DNA of 63,464 bases, the filler included, from Folioceros fuciformis (taxonomy: Eukaryota): the NCBI GenBank assembly GCA_049999805.1. It is 10 parts of 10 records of this genome, joined end to end, with 100 filler letters (N's around TTAATTAATTAA, not from the genome) between each part and the next. Parts side by side here need not be neighbours in the genome. Positions count along the whole stretch, not along the records: positions 8,426 to 25,971 come from JBNGIO010002325.1; positions 26,072 to 32,910 come from JBNGIO010002326.1; positions 33,011 to 38,436 come from JBNGIO010002327.1; 7 more parts are not named here. One strand, written 5' to 3'. Every line of letters begins with the position of its first letter. Position 1 is the first letter of the stretch. Of this stretch, positions 22,313-34,390 are shown piece by piece. Below the pieces are notes generated by a model. The model ran no database searches. It had not been told where the DNA came from and worked only from the letters and a program-made list of their open reading frames with translations. The translations under genes and the position numbers were made by a program.

Positions 22313-23557
22313 TCACACCATGGAGTCCAACCTGGGCTGAAAGGGGAGCCAGAAGCCGGCGGCGTTGAAAGGTATCAGGAACTGCAGCGGCATGGTGAAC
22401 CAGGCCCTGATGGAAAAGTCGAAGGAGAGGAGGACCCGGCGCTCGACGTGAGTTCTCCTGGCCTTCCCCGTCTCCTCCTCCTCCGGCAACACGTACTCGT
22501 ACACGCGAATGTCGAGGCACACGGTCTGAGACTCCCCAAAGCTGAAGGCTTTCCAGGGGAGACCCCTGGAGCACGGGGCGAGCTTGGGGAAGAACTCGCT
22601 GAAGGAGCTGTCGCTGAGCAGCGCCACCTGCCCCCACGCTCCTTCCGGGAGCAGCCGCCAGATCCCGTAGCTTCTGAAGGAGCGAGCGAGGAGGAGGATG
22701 AGGAGCAACTCCCCCCGGTGCGACAGCAGTCTGGCGGACTCCGCCTCGGCTGGAGGCGGCAGGTTCCTGGACCGCGACTCCCATTCCTTGCTCTTCAAGT
22801 TCCAGCCCACAAGGTGGAATCCCAAACCCAGGAAGTACACCATCTCCCCGCAAAACACCGGCTGCTGGGGCAGCAGCCAAGGCACAACCGGCCCCGCGTC
22901 CTCCCACTTGTCCTTGCTCGCCTCGTACATGTGGAGTCTCGGGATGGCCTCGCCATTGTTCGCCACCGCCAGTACGGTGTAGGCCTTGAACGGGCCATCC
23001 ACCCGCAGGGCCAGCGTCCAGGTGCCTGCAGGCCCGACCGGCAGCATTCGCGACGCCCGGGTCATGGGATTGAACATGAGGAACCGTGCCCCCCACTCCA
23101 GCTGGCGGTGGTGGCGGCTGAAGAGGCAGACGAGGCCGCCGTGGGAGACGGCCTGGAACACGCTCGCCATCTGCCCCTGCAGCGGCGGGAGGTTGTAGAT
23201 GCGGAGCGGCCCAGGGGTCGGGAGCCGGTACGGGTGTTCCGCCCTCTCCAGCACCTTGAAGAGGATATCCAGGACCAAGAACGCGGCGGGGGCCGGCTCC
23301 GAGGAGACGCACGCCCGCAAAAAGCCCGGGTCGGTGAGGAGCTCCAGCCAGCACTTGCTCACGCTCCGGAATCGCAATTGGGCTGGGATGGGCAGCCGCC
23401 GCACCACCTCCTCCAGCACGCTCTGCGGAAGCTGGCTCCAGTCCGCCGTGGGGCCGTCCAGCCTCAGACTTGAGAAGTTGGGATCCGCGGAGCCCAAGTC
23501 CCCGGCCACCACCATGCTCATGCTCATCTCCGCCGTCATCCAGCTCTCCCAGCTCAT
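22313..23557 (-). CDS. F-box protein with a kelch-like C-terminal region (414 aa, intronless), paralogue of 19852-21099
   Basis: WSQLPQSVLEEVVRRLPIPAQLRFRSVSKCW and shared YGIWRLLP, WGQVALLSDSSF and FDFSIRAWF. The ATG follows an acceptor-like CTTCCAG. Confidence 0.92.
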   Translation of the reverse strand: MSWESWMTAEMSMSMVVAGDLGSADPNFSSLRLDGPTADWSQLPQSVLEEVVRRLPIPAQLRFRSVSKCWLELLTDPGFLRACVSSEPAPAAFLVLDILFKVLERAEHPYRLPTPGPLRIYNLPPLQGQMASVFQAVSHGGLVCLFSRHHRQLEWGARFLMFNPMTRASRMLPVGPAGTWTLALRVDGPFKAYTVLAVANNGEAIPRLHMYEASKDKWEDAGPVVPWLLPQQPVFCGEMVYFLGLGFHLVGWNLKSKEWESRSRNLPPPAEAESARLLSHRGELLLILLLARSFRSYGIWRLLPEGAWGQVALLSDSSFSEFFPKLAPCSRGLPWKAFSFGESQTVCLDIRVYEYVLPEEEETGKARRTHVERRVLLSFDFSIRAWFTMPLQFLIPFNAAGFWLPFQPRLDSMV

Positions 23558-24381
23558 CCTGGAAGGAAGAAGGAAAGCAAGCGTTGCTGGGAAGACGCAA
23601 CGGAGTGAGGCTCTACGACCTGAAGTGCCCAAAAACAGGACCACAGTGACTCCTGTCGCACACACAACCTTCAGAACTTGCGACCAAGCTCGAACGTCCT
23701 GCCGTGTGTTTTGAAGACACCTGAACCCACCCTGTCGAGGAAGGATATGTCAAGGTAGGGGACGGAGAGCACAAAAGGAATGGAAAACAGGCGTCTGCCA
23801 AAACAGGAGGGAAAAGGAAAGATACGCAAACGTGAGACGGAGGAAGCAAGCCACAATGAATGCCACAAATGATCCGTTGCAATTCAACGGATCATGCATC
23901 GCCTGCAAGACATCGAGACCTCTGTCTCACCTACCAAGCTCGGCGGTGTTGGTCGCCTCAAACCTGGTTAGGGCTGGTGATCGTGATACGAGCTCATGTG
24001 CACTAGCTAGGTACTCTTTACATTGTGGCAGAGCTGTCTCTTAGCACAGTAGTAAGACGCAACCTAATGTGGCCTTTCTTCTAATGACGTGAGTATAAAG
24101 CATCAAGCGAAGCTGCAAGCCGAGTGTAAGGCCATAAGGCCCGATTCAACTTCACTGTGACGGCCAAACCGGGTTACGACCCGGTCTGGCTATGCTAGCA
24201 GCAAGGACTTTTGATGTTCTTCTTCATTAGTCTTTATATGGTGGCATTTGTGCTCGTAAGAGCTTGGTGCTTATGAAGCTTGGAGCCTCAATATCCCTTT
24301 TTGCTTAAGGGCCATAGCCACTTCATCTACCTTGGTTCGAATTTGTGTCTTTTATGTTCTTCTTTGCCACTTTTTTGACAA

Positions 24382-24448
24382 GCTTCCAAGAAGACAAGTA
24401 CTTAGTCTGCAATTGCTTCCAAGAAGACAAGTACTTAGTCTGCAATTG
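24382..24448. repeat. 33-bp perfect direct duplication
   Basis: GCTTCCAAGAAGACAAGTACTTAGTCTGCAATT occurs twice in tandem. Confidence 0.9.
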
Positions 24449-24584
24449 TACAATCTTACGCAACTTTTTGGAAACTTGTTACCATGCTAGCTTGATGAAA
24501 ACTTTGGTGTTTGAAGGAAAGAAATTGAAGTTAGAATCTCTTGGTGTTCAAAGGAAAGCTGAGAACTGAAGTATGAAAGTATGT

Positions 24585-25802
24585 GTGAGATCTGCATAGA
24601 AAATCTAGTGGATAAGAGTTGTAGTTTATCTCTACTGGTAAGTAAGAGCTAGCTAGCAAATGGTCGTGAAATCTGTGTAGGAAGTCTAGTAGATAAGTGT
24701 TATTACAGTAGTAGTAATCTTTGAATCTTTGCTGGTTAGCAAGAGCTAGCTAGTTGTTACAACAATAGTGAATCTTTGCTAGTTAGCAAGAGCTAGCTAG
24801 CGAATGATCTGCATAGAAAATCTAGTGGATAAGAGTTGTAGTTTATCTCTACTCGTAAGTAAGAGCTAGCTAGCAAATGGTCGTGAAATCTGTGTAGGAA
24901 GTTTGGTAGATAAGTGTTAATACAGTAGTAGTAATCTTTGAATCTTTGCTGGTTAGCAAGAGCTAGCTAGTGAATGGTCCTGAGATCTACATAGAAAGTC
25001 TGGTAGATAATAGTTGTTACAACAGTACTGAATCTTTGAATCTTTGCTAGTTAGCAAGAGTTAGCTAACGAATGGATGTGAGATCTATGTAGGAAGTCTG
25101 GTAGATAAGAGTAGTAACAACAGCAGTGAATCTTTGCTGGTTAGCAAGAGCTAGCTAGTTGTTACAACAGTACTGAATCTTTGCTGGTTAGCAAGAGCTA
25201 GCTAGTGAATGGTTGTGAGATCTATGTAGAAGTTTGGTAGATAAGAGTTGTTACAATAGTAGTGAATCTTTGCTGGTTAACAAGCTCGCAAATCGTCATG
25301 AGATCTGTACAAGAAGTCTAGTTTATAAGAGTTGTTACAACAAAAGTGAATCTTTGCTGGTTAGCAAGAACTAGCTCGTAAATTGTCGTGAGATCTGTAC
25401 AAGAAGTCTGGTAGATAAGAGTTGATACAACAATAGTGAATCTTTGCTGGTTAGCAAGAACTAGCTCGCAAATTGTCGTGAAATCTGTACAAGAAGTCTG
25501 GTAGATAAAAGTTGATACAACAATAGTGAATCTTTGCTGGTTAGCAAGAACTAGCTTGCAAATTGTCGTGAGATCTGTACAAGAGGTCTGGTAGATAAGG
25601 GAAGTGAGATCTATGCAGAAGTCTGATAGATAAGGGTAGTGAGATTTGTGCAAGAAGTTTGATAGATAAGGGTAGTAAGATTTGTGCAGGAAGTCTAGTA
25701 GATAAGGGTAGTGAGATCTATGCAAGAAGCCTGGTAGATAGGGGTAGTCAGATCTGTGTTACATTAACATATCTTCGTTGGTTAGCAAGAGCTAGCTAGC
25801 AA
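24585..25802. repeat. Complex degenerate minisatellite (about 90-bp units built from about 37-bp and 50-bp sub-units)
   Basis: GAGATCTGTACAAGAAGTCTGGTAGATAAG...GAATCTTTGCTGGTTAGCAAGA recurs at 25300, 25390, 25480 and 25570. Shorter 36-37 bp units occupy 25603-25760. Confidence 0.92.
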
Positions 25803-25971
25803 AGACTGATTCGCAAGCGGAGATTTTGTGTTGGAAGGATGGAAGAAGTTTTCACAGCTCTCAAACAAATGGTCTAGGATTGTATAACGGCTAGGCAACC
25901 TTTGCCCTAGACAAGTAAAAAGCCGTGTCTCACTCGAGATTTCTGCCTTTGCCTTGCACAAGTAGACAACC

Positions 25972-26071
25972 NNNNNNNNNNNNNNNNNNNNNNNNNNNNN
26001 NNNNNNNNNNNNNNNTTAATTAATTAANNNNNNNNNNNNNNNNNNNNNNNNNNNNNNNNNNNNNNNNNNNN
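25972..26071. other. Artificial contig linker
   Basis: N-TTAATTAATTAA-N, 100 bp. Confidence 0.99.
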
Positions 26072-29000
26072 AGGAAGAGAGGGAAGGGAGCGGCCGCAAC
26101 CCTTGCCCTAGCTAGGGCACGGCCTCCATGGCCGTTTAGGCCAGCCTGACAATCAGCTAGCCTGACATCGGACCCTGACATACCCCAAATTCCCGTTCCT
26201 ATGTTCAAAACATTATTTATTATTTATTATTATTTAATTATTTAATACTATATATCTTTAATTAATAATAAACCAATCATCAAACCTAGATTCAAACTTT
26301 CCCGACCCTATGGTCCGGTACCAGACCTAAACTTTACTAGGTCTGGGACCAAACCTATACCCACTCTAATAACCAAACTAACTATTTCCTAGTCAATTAA
26401 CCTAATTAGCACAAAGAAAAATAGGAGAAATGACCAGAAAATAAAGGAAAATTAGGGAAAATAAGTAGAGAAAGGAAACCAAACCATATCACTGTTAACC
26501 CTGTTTCAACCAAAACAAACCACTACCCCAAACTTTGGAGGTTTACATGCCCCCTTCTCAGCTGTGTCCTCGCAAACAACTAACCCTCTCATGGTTGATA
26601 GTACTTCTTAACTTGCCAACCATTGACCCTAGTTGGCAACAAATCACCATCCAATACCCTCAACTGGACAGACCCATTCTCAAACACTTTCTCCACCTTG
26701 TAAGGACCTATCCACCTCAACCTCAGCTTACCTGGGAAATCCATGTATCTATTGTCATACAGTAGCACCAAATCCCCTTGTAGGATGGTCTCCTTCTTCC
26801 TCAACCTACCATCATGGCGGGTTTTCCTTTCCTCTTATATCCTGTGCGTCTCCTCCAAGGCTTCTTCTCGGTCCTCCTTGTACGTGATAAAAGCTTCCAA
26901 CCTAGCTTCTTGACTCTCCCTCACAGGCATCCTAGCCTCCTCCATGACACGGTGAGTGGGAATCTCAAACTCAATGGAAAGAACAGGAGACATACCATAG
27001 GTCAAGAAGTAGGGAGTCCTCTTCGTGGTGATCTTTTCTGCTGTCCTTTAAGCCCAAAGTGCTGAATGCAACTTGGTGTCCCAATCATACATGTGTGTCA
27101 CAGTCACCTTGGTCAAGATGGTCCCCAAAAGACCATTGGTCTTCTCCGTCAACCCATTCGCCTTCGGATTGTAAGGAGTGGTCTTCCTATGACGAATGTT
27201 GAAGTAGGTGGTCAAGGCGGTAATGACTTCATTGAGAAAATGTGTTCCCCTATTGCTAACCAGCTCCAATGGACACCCATAGCGTGTGATGGTGTTCTCA
27301 AACAGAAATTCGGCCACTGTTGGGGCATCGTCCCGTCGGGTAGCCTCTGCTTCCACCATCTTGGTGTAGCAGTTTGTCGCCACTAGGATGTATTGCTTCC
27401 TTGTCCAGCGAGTAGGTGGACGAATCGGCCCTACAAAGTCGATCCCCCACTTCTCAAATGGAGCCAATGGTAGGATGTAGGTCAACGGCCACCTGGTTCT
27501 CAATGTGGGTCTCCCTACCCTTTGACAAGCATCACACCTCCTCACAAACTCCCACACATCCCTCTGCATGGTAGCCCACCAAAACACAGTATCCAAGATC
27601 TTCTTGATGGTAATGGGGACTGAATAGTGGCCTCTTGCCTCTTTTGCATGCAAAGCTTCGGTCACCAAAGCACCTTCATTCACCTCCAAACAACGCCTCA
27701 CCTTACCATCCGAGCCTAGTTTGTACAAGACCCCTTGCTTCAAACAATATGGGCCTATCTTGTGCAAGAACATTGCCCTACCCTCATGGCTCAATCTAGC
27801 TGGCATGATTCCAAATTCTAGAAATCTCCTCACCTCAGCTTGTAGCAACTGCCTAGCACAAGGCCTTCCCAACCTGTCGCCACGGTGGCTTCTCTTCCTC
27901 CAAATCAGCTCCTCATCAGGAAACTTGTCATCCGTTTTTCTAACCTTCCCTTTGGTTTTGAGCCTAGAAACAAAGTCAGCATTGACATGACTCTTCCCTG
28001 CCCTGGTTTCCACCTCAAAGTCAAACTCTTGCAGCAAGAGAATCCACCTAGCGATCCTCCCCGATAGGTCAGGCTTGTTCACAAGATACTTCAAAGCAAA
28101 GTGGTCCACATGAAACACTACCTTGCAAGCTAGAAGGTAGTGACGGAACTTCTTATAAGCATAGATGATGCCCAAAGCCTCTCTCTCCGTTGTGGAGTAG
28201 TTCCTCTCCGCATCCGTGAGTTGCCTTCCAGCATAGAAGATAGGGTGGTCCCTCTACTTGTCATCTTGTTGGCTGAGGATGGCCCCTATAGCATAGGCTG
28301 ACACATCCTTATACAAATGAAAGGTCTTCCCCCAATTTGGTGGGCTCAATGTTGGTGCTACCACCAAACTTCTCTTCAAGTCCTGAAATGCCCCTCTTTG
28401 GGGTCCACTCATATAGCACATCCTTCTTCATTAGCTGGGTCAAAGCTACAGCCTTCTTAGCAAAATCCTTGATGAACCTCCTGTAGTAGCCCACCAACCC
28501 AATGAAGGCTCTAACCTGTCTCACGCTCTGAGGTGCATCCATCTCTGAGATGATCTTCACCTTTTCCATGTCGACTTGCAACCCCATAGCTGAAACTCTA
28601 TGGGCTAGCAAGATACCCTCCGTCATGCAAAATAAACACTTCCCCGGATGCAACTTGAGGTTAGTCTCCCTACACCTTTGCAAGCACTTCCTCAGTTGTT
28701 CCAGGTGTAGGGCCCTCCTCCCAAAGACACAAAAGTCATCCAAGAACACCTCCATGAACTTCCAAAGGAACTCCTTGAAAATGGTATTCACCACCCGCTG
28801 GAAAGTTGCTGGAGCGTTGCAGAGCCCAAAAGGCAGCTTGGTGTAGGTGTAGGTCCCCCAATCAGTTGTCAAAGTCGTCTTGTCACGATCCTTCTCCCGC
28901 AGTGTGATCTGATTGTAACCTGAATACCCATCTAGAAAACTGTACATCTCATGTCCAGCAACTGTGTCCAGCACACTGTCCATGAAAGGGAGTGGATGAT

Positions 29001-32000
29001 GGTCTTTCTTGGTCGCCTCATTGAGCTTCCTGAAGTCCTAGCAAACCCTCACCTTGCTAGCTTGCTTCTTAGGCACCACCACAATTGGAGCTACCCACTC
29101 ACTTGTTAGGACAGGATAGATGACTCCAGCCTCCAAGTACTGGTCCAATTGATCCTTCACAACCATGGAGTACTTTGGGTTCAGTTGGTATTGCTTCACT
29201 CGGACTGGTGTGCTTCCCTCCTTGAGGTCTATCCTATGAACACCCAGCTCCTCCGGAAGACCTGTCATGTCCGTCACCTTGAAGGCAAACACATCCAAGT
29301 ATTCAGTCAACAATGCCTTCAAACCTACCCTCTCCTTGGGTGTGAGGTACTTGGACACCTTGACCTTCTTCCTTGGGGCCAACTCCATGTCCTCCATAGC
29401 ATCTGGATCCACGTAAACTCCTTCGGTACTGCTCCCTACACTTGTTCCTGATCCTTCTTCCGGGAAATCGTAGTCATAGGCCTTCCCCTTCCAAAAGGCA
29501 GCTCCTTCCCTTTGCTCTTCATCCCCCGATGGATCTTCATTTTCCACCACTTCAGTATGGAAACCAGTCGTTTCTTGACCCAAATCCACCATCTTGGCAT
29601 TATGCCCTACTCCCTTGTAGGCTCCTATACTACTAGAAATGCTACTTCCAGCAATACCGGATGTGTACCCGGTGGATGGTCCTGCTGTTTCTCCCCCACA
29701 GGGAGCTTTGCTCCACGAGACAAATGAAACTTCTGCAAGTCCTGTAGGTTTAGACCTTAAGGTCACACCTTTCCTTCCAAAATCAAACACACATGTTGTC
29801 CCGTACAGCCACGGTCTCCCAAGGAGTACCTTGAACCCTAGGTCCGACACTGGCCTCATGTCAATGTAGGTTAGCTTGAAAGTGATCCCTCCAATCACCG
29901 TAGGCACATCCCTCAACACTCCTAGAGGCTTCCTCTTGGTCTAGTCTGCCATCCGAAGGTACACGTGGATAGGGTCAAACTTCGTGAACCCCAAACGATG
30001 GGATGTGTCCTCCGTCATGAGATTGACACCAGACCCCGTACCCAACGGTACATCCGGCACCAAACAACTTGCAATCTCCACCTCTATCTCATGAGCTCCA
30101 CAATCAGCCAACTCCACTAGACTCATTCAAGTAGGGACTATCTTCCCTTCAAGTGGCTCCGGTATCCCTCGGATGGCCTCCTTCACGATCTTCCTGGCCT
30201 TAGGACTAATGGACAAGAGCTGTCTCAAGCTCACCACAAACTCCTGATCAAGCAAGGCGTCAGCAAATCCAGCAACCTTCATGGCCAAAGCCTCCCTTGC
30301 TGTTGTTGACTTAGGAGGATCGATCCCTCTATCCTCCTCACTTCGATCAACCTTGTCTCCTTCCTGTTCCTTCTCCAAGGGACTTGCACTCTCTACCACC
30401 CCTGTCACAAGAGGGTTTGCAATTGTGACCTTCTTAGATCAGTGCATCAGCCTAGTCAGCTCTTCCTCCAGCATTGCAGCAACCTCCTTGCTGATGTATG
30501 GTGGAAATGCTGATTCTTCAGCCTCTCCTAGTTCTCCCTTCACCTAGTTCTCCTTCCTCCAGCTGAGGTGGATCAACCTCTTGTCCAGCCGACACATCAT
30601 TCTTCCCTTGCTAGATGAGTGGTTCCTCCCTTGCCTCTGGTGGTTTAGGAGTGTTGTCACGTTCTCTCCTCCTCCTCTTCTCTTCCTTCTTCGTCCTCTC
30701 CCTATAACGGCGTTCGGAACAAGTGGTGACCCTTGCCACCATGACTTCTTCACCATCGTTAGCTTTGCCTGAATATCCCTCCTCCACAATGCCAGAAAAT
30801 GCTTGAAATTCAATCAAAGGCTCCTCCTCAGCCTCCACCGACAACACATGTGCGCTTGTCACCAGAGCTGCTGTCTCCACCATAGGAGGAAGTCCTTCTT
30901 GCGGTGCCTCCGTGATCCTCACTCTGGATCTAGGCAGCACGGGCCTAGGGATGCCCGAACACCTTGGATCCCCAAGCCCTAAACCCTATGCCCTGGATCC
31001 TTGCACACCTGACAAAACGGCACAAATTCAAGTTGCCGACGTGGCTCCACGCACTCGTTAGCATAGTGTCCCGGCAAGCCACAATTGAAACAACAACCTG
31101 TTGCCACCACTTGTGGACGCTGGGACGAATCCGGCCTCTAAGGTCCTAGAGATACTGGACGAGGACCATACCTCATTCCAGGAGGTCCTGGTGGTTGGAA
31201 AGATGGCCGAATGGACTGTAGTGGTCGAGGAGTAGTCACAGCCTGTACCTGATAGGAGTCATCCACGTACCAATAGTCTCCTGGTAGGTAGGCTTTCACT
31301 TGGTTGACGGCGTGGCGGGGAGCCCTAGTGCACTCTTGGTGGGTGTGTCCTGATTGGTGACAAATAGAACAGTACACTAGCTACCTACCTGGTGAAGGTG
31401 ACCTCCTTGGTGCTTGGTTGTGTACAGCCTTCACCTCCAGCTCGGTCAGCATCATCGTCAATGCCTCAACCTGACTGGTTAGTCCTCCACCACTCGAGGA
31501 CGATTCACCTCTCTCCGTCCTATAGGATCCTTTTCCTCCTCAGCTCGACGATTCTCATCCTCCTCAGGCCTCTTGCGTGCTTTCTCTAGATCCTTCCTCA
31601 TCCTCTTCTCATAAGCCCTATCAGACTCCTCATCGGTGTAAGGATCCAACACAATGCTGTCATAATCCGGATCAGAGTGAGACGATGACCTGGACCTTGA
31701 AGAGGAAGATGGGCTGTGATGCCTTGACCTCCTATGATGCCCATACTTCCGGTTTTGCTTCCTCTTCTCTCTGCTCAACTCCGACAGCTCAAAATCTTTA
31801 GTAGCCTTCAAAGCCTCCTGCAAAGTGGTCACACCCCTCGTGCAATAGGTTGCCATCCGATCGGGCACTCCTCCACCAAACCAATCCAAAGCTTGAACAT
31901 TCGTGTACCCTGGAGTACTCAGACCTCCTGGAACAAGTGGCCTGCCACGTGGGATCTTGTCCACGTAGCTGTAGAACCTCTCAATGTAGTAAGATAGATC

Positions 32001-32480
32001 CTCCTTCCTTCCTCGCTTCAAAGTTCTCAACCTCGCGTAGGTGTGATGGCCATGGCTGAGACCTCGAAACCTGGTCAAGAAATCGTCCTTTAGGCTGTCC
32101 CAATCCACTAGTGGTGTCACTCCATATGTTCGGCTGTACCACTGCTGAGCTTGTCCTCTCAGCAAGCATGGAAAGATCCTCAAATGATCAGCTACAGTGT
32201 CCTCCAGGTTGGCACGAGACACATGCTCGAACGTCCTTAGGAAGGACTCAGCATCCTCCCCTCTTCTTTTGTCTCCAAACTTCACGTATTGCTGACGACT
32301 GTGAATAGGAGTAGCCATCCTTGTAGCGACTCCTCCACCCACTTGGCTGATACTTGACGTAGGAAATACAGCCCCTACTGAAACCACTACGGGGGCTGAC
32401 AATGGAACAATGGCCGGGGAGGGGACTGGCTGACCACCAACAAGTGACTGCAAGCTGTCCAGCAATGATACCATGACTGA
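26072..32480 (-). mobile_element. Degenerate Ty3/gypsy retrotransposon (non-chromovirus, Athila/Tat-like): gag, PR, RT, RNase H, IN, PPT and partial 3' LTR
   Basis: Gag 32474-31479, CCHC knuckles, protease-like LGTGSGVNLM, RT (LDGYSGYNQI, PFGLCNAPATFQR, FLDD), RNase H, integrase (PFEKWGIDFVGP, TTPYNPKANG) and WIGPYKV. PPT GAGAAGGGGGCA (26559-26548) is followed by TG at 26547. Confidence 0.95.
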
Positions 32481-32484
32481 AGTA

Positions 32485-32910
32485 TGTCAATAGGATCGAC
32501 TCCAATCTACGTGCAAGTGTAGGAGAGGAGAGGAGAGAAGAGAGGGTGGTATTGGTGATCACAACCATGAAAACAATACACATCACCACTGTCTTACTAT
32601 GGAGGTCCGAGGTCTCCATTTAAGTAGTACATTTAGGGCTACACAACTTCCAGGTTCAATATGGGATAATCTACACTATCCTAAGTTCACTAATAACTAG
32701 AACTAGTCTAGTATGAACCCAACTGGGATAACTAACACCACATGAGTTTAGCTCATATAGAGCTCGATAACTCAACACTCCCCCTCGAGCTCAACATAGC
32801 ATCTGTACGCCTAACATAGCTCGGAATTTCTTCAGCTTCTCTGCTCCCATTGGCTTAAAAATATATCGGCTATCTGCTCGTCTGTGTTGACATACACAAG
32901 ATCAATAGCT
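32485..32910 (-). mobile_element. 3' end of a Ty1/copia (RNase H tail, PPT 32786-32778, 3' LTR 32777-32485) abutting the gypsy gag start
   Basis: AIDLVYVNTDEQIADIF...KKFRAMLGV, then GAGGGGGAG-TGTTGAG...TTGACA. Confidence 0.85.
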
Positions 32911-33010
32911 NNNNNNNNNNNNNNNNNNNNNNNNNNNNNNNNNNNNNNNNNNNNTTAATTAATTAANNNNNNNNNNNNNNNNNNNNNNNNNNNNNNNNNN
33001 NNNNNNNNNN
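32911..33010. other. Artificial contig linker
   Basis: N-TTAATTAATTAA-N, 100 bp. Confidence 0.99.
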
Positions 33011-33086
33011 TTAACCTAGCAGGGGTTAAATTAAGAAACTCTTCAGAAATGCGGGGCGTCGGTTAATCTAGCCTGGTTAGATCACG

Positions 33087-33443
33087 ATGGCGGTAGTGGA
33101 GATAGTCTTCTGGGCGTTGATGCTCTTCATCGCCTACCAGCTGCTGCGGGTGCTAGCGTGCGTGCTTGCGAGGATGGTTCGAACAAGGAGTAGCGGATTG
33201 ACAGGCCGGGACGACGGGCATGGATGCAGAAGGGCGCCGAACTGGGATAGAGTCCGGGATGCATACAGAAACGAAAAATCAAGTGTGGAAGAGAGTGGGA
33301 TTGAGGATAACGACGCAGCCTCAAAAGGTGAACGTGAGGCCTTTTCCAGTGAAGCCATGGCCAACTACTGCAGAGGAAAAGAGGAAGAAAATGAAGGTGG
33401 GACTTCTCTACTTACTCTGTATGCTCCAGTGGCTGACGATTAG
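33087..33443 (+). CDS. Hypothetical 118-aa protein with an N-terminal hydrophobic helix
   Basis: ATGG start, TM-like first 28 aa and an acidic tail. Splice-site-like motifs lie downstream. No homology recognised. Confidence 0.3.
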   Translation: MAVVEIVFWALMLFIAYQLLRVLACVLARMVRTRSSGLTGRDDGHGCRRAPNWDRVRDAYRNEKSSVEESGIEDNDAASKGEREAFSSEAMANYCRGKEEENEGGTSLLTLYAPVADD

Positions 33444-33746
33444 GTCATTGTTTTGCTTCATCCGCCAGGTACTGATGCATGCTTGAACTTGCAGAAGGAG
33501 GAACCTTGAAGCTGCTCCCACTCAAGGTAAGCACATGTTGCTGCGATGATACTGCTTCTCTGCCCAATTGCTTTCAGGTTACTTGCGCATCATGTCTATA
33601 GCTTCTAACAGACTGTTTTGTGTTGTGTTTTGCAGGTATGAGGATGTGAGGGCAGTGAACCCTAATCTGTGCGTAAGAAAACTAGGACTAGCTGCTGTGC
33701 ATGGAACTACCCTATCCCATGTAAGCTGATTATGAAGCAAGTGCTT

Positions 33747-34390
33747 TCTGCTCGTCTGTGTTGACATACACAAGATCAATAGCTCCAGATAAAATCCTTT
33801 CGCAAAGAAAATGATAATGTATTTCAATGTGTTTTGTCCTGGCATGAAACACTGGGTTTCGCGCCAACTGTATGCTGCTAAGATTGTCACAGTAGATAAC
33901 AACCTTGTCGTTGACCTGCAATCCAAAATCTCCGAGTAACTTACAAATCCAAGTCACTTCACACGCTGCCATTGCTGCGCCTCTGTATTCAGCTTCTGTA
34001 CTAGACAAAGCCACTGTAGGCTGCTTCTTGCTACTCCATGTAATTGCTGCACTCCCAAGTGAAAAAATGAATCCACTTGTAGATCTACGATCAGTAACAC
34101 TGCCTGCCCAATCTGCATCTGTGTACCCACACAGGTTTATTTCTAAATCTGCAACATAAAAGAGAGCATGATCCATAGTTGCCTTCACATAGTGCAACGT
34201 TCGCCTTACTGCATCCAAATGTGGCTTTCTTGGCGCCTGCATAAACTGACTTTGCAATCCCACTGTATAGTTCAAATCTAGTCGGGATAGAGTGAGATAT
34301 ATCAAATAATAATTAGCTAGTCCAAGACCTTCTACATGTGTGTAGTGCTTTTGTTTGGGAAGGGATTTTGTAAGGATATCGGCATTATTG
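33747..34390 (-). mobile_element. Ty1/copia RT C-terminus and RNase H fragment, preceded by a short tail from a different copia
   Basis: GYTDADWAGS, WSSKKQPTVALSSTEAEY and HARTKHIEIHYHF. Bases 33747-33784 match 32873-32910. Confidence 0.93.

Noticed and set aside
20149-23600. Long alternative-frame and antisense ORFs over the F-box genes (331, 341 and 508 aa)
   Set aside because: These are shadow ORFs expected from very high GC3, with no recognisable motifs.
25318-25725. 135-aa repetitive ORF
   Set aside because: It is a by-product of the 90-bp tandem array, and the frame is not kept in neighbouring units.
32873-33784. Shared 37-bp sequence suggesting the two contigs overlap
   Set aside because: The match is internal in the second contig and its flank differs. 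It is the same copia family, not a join.
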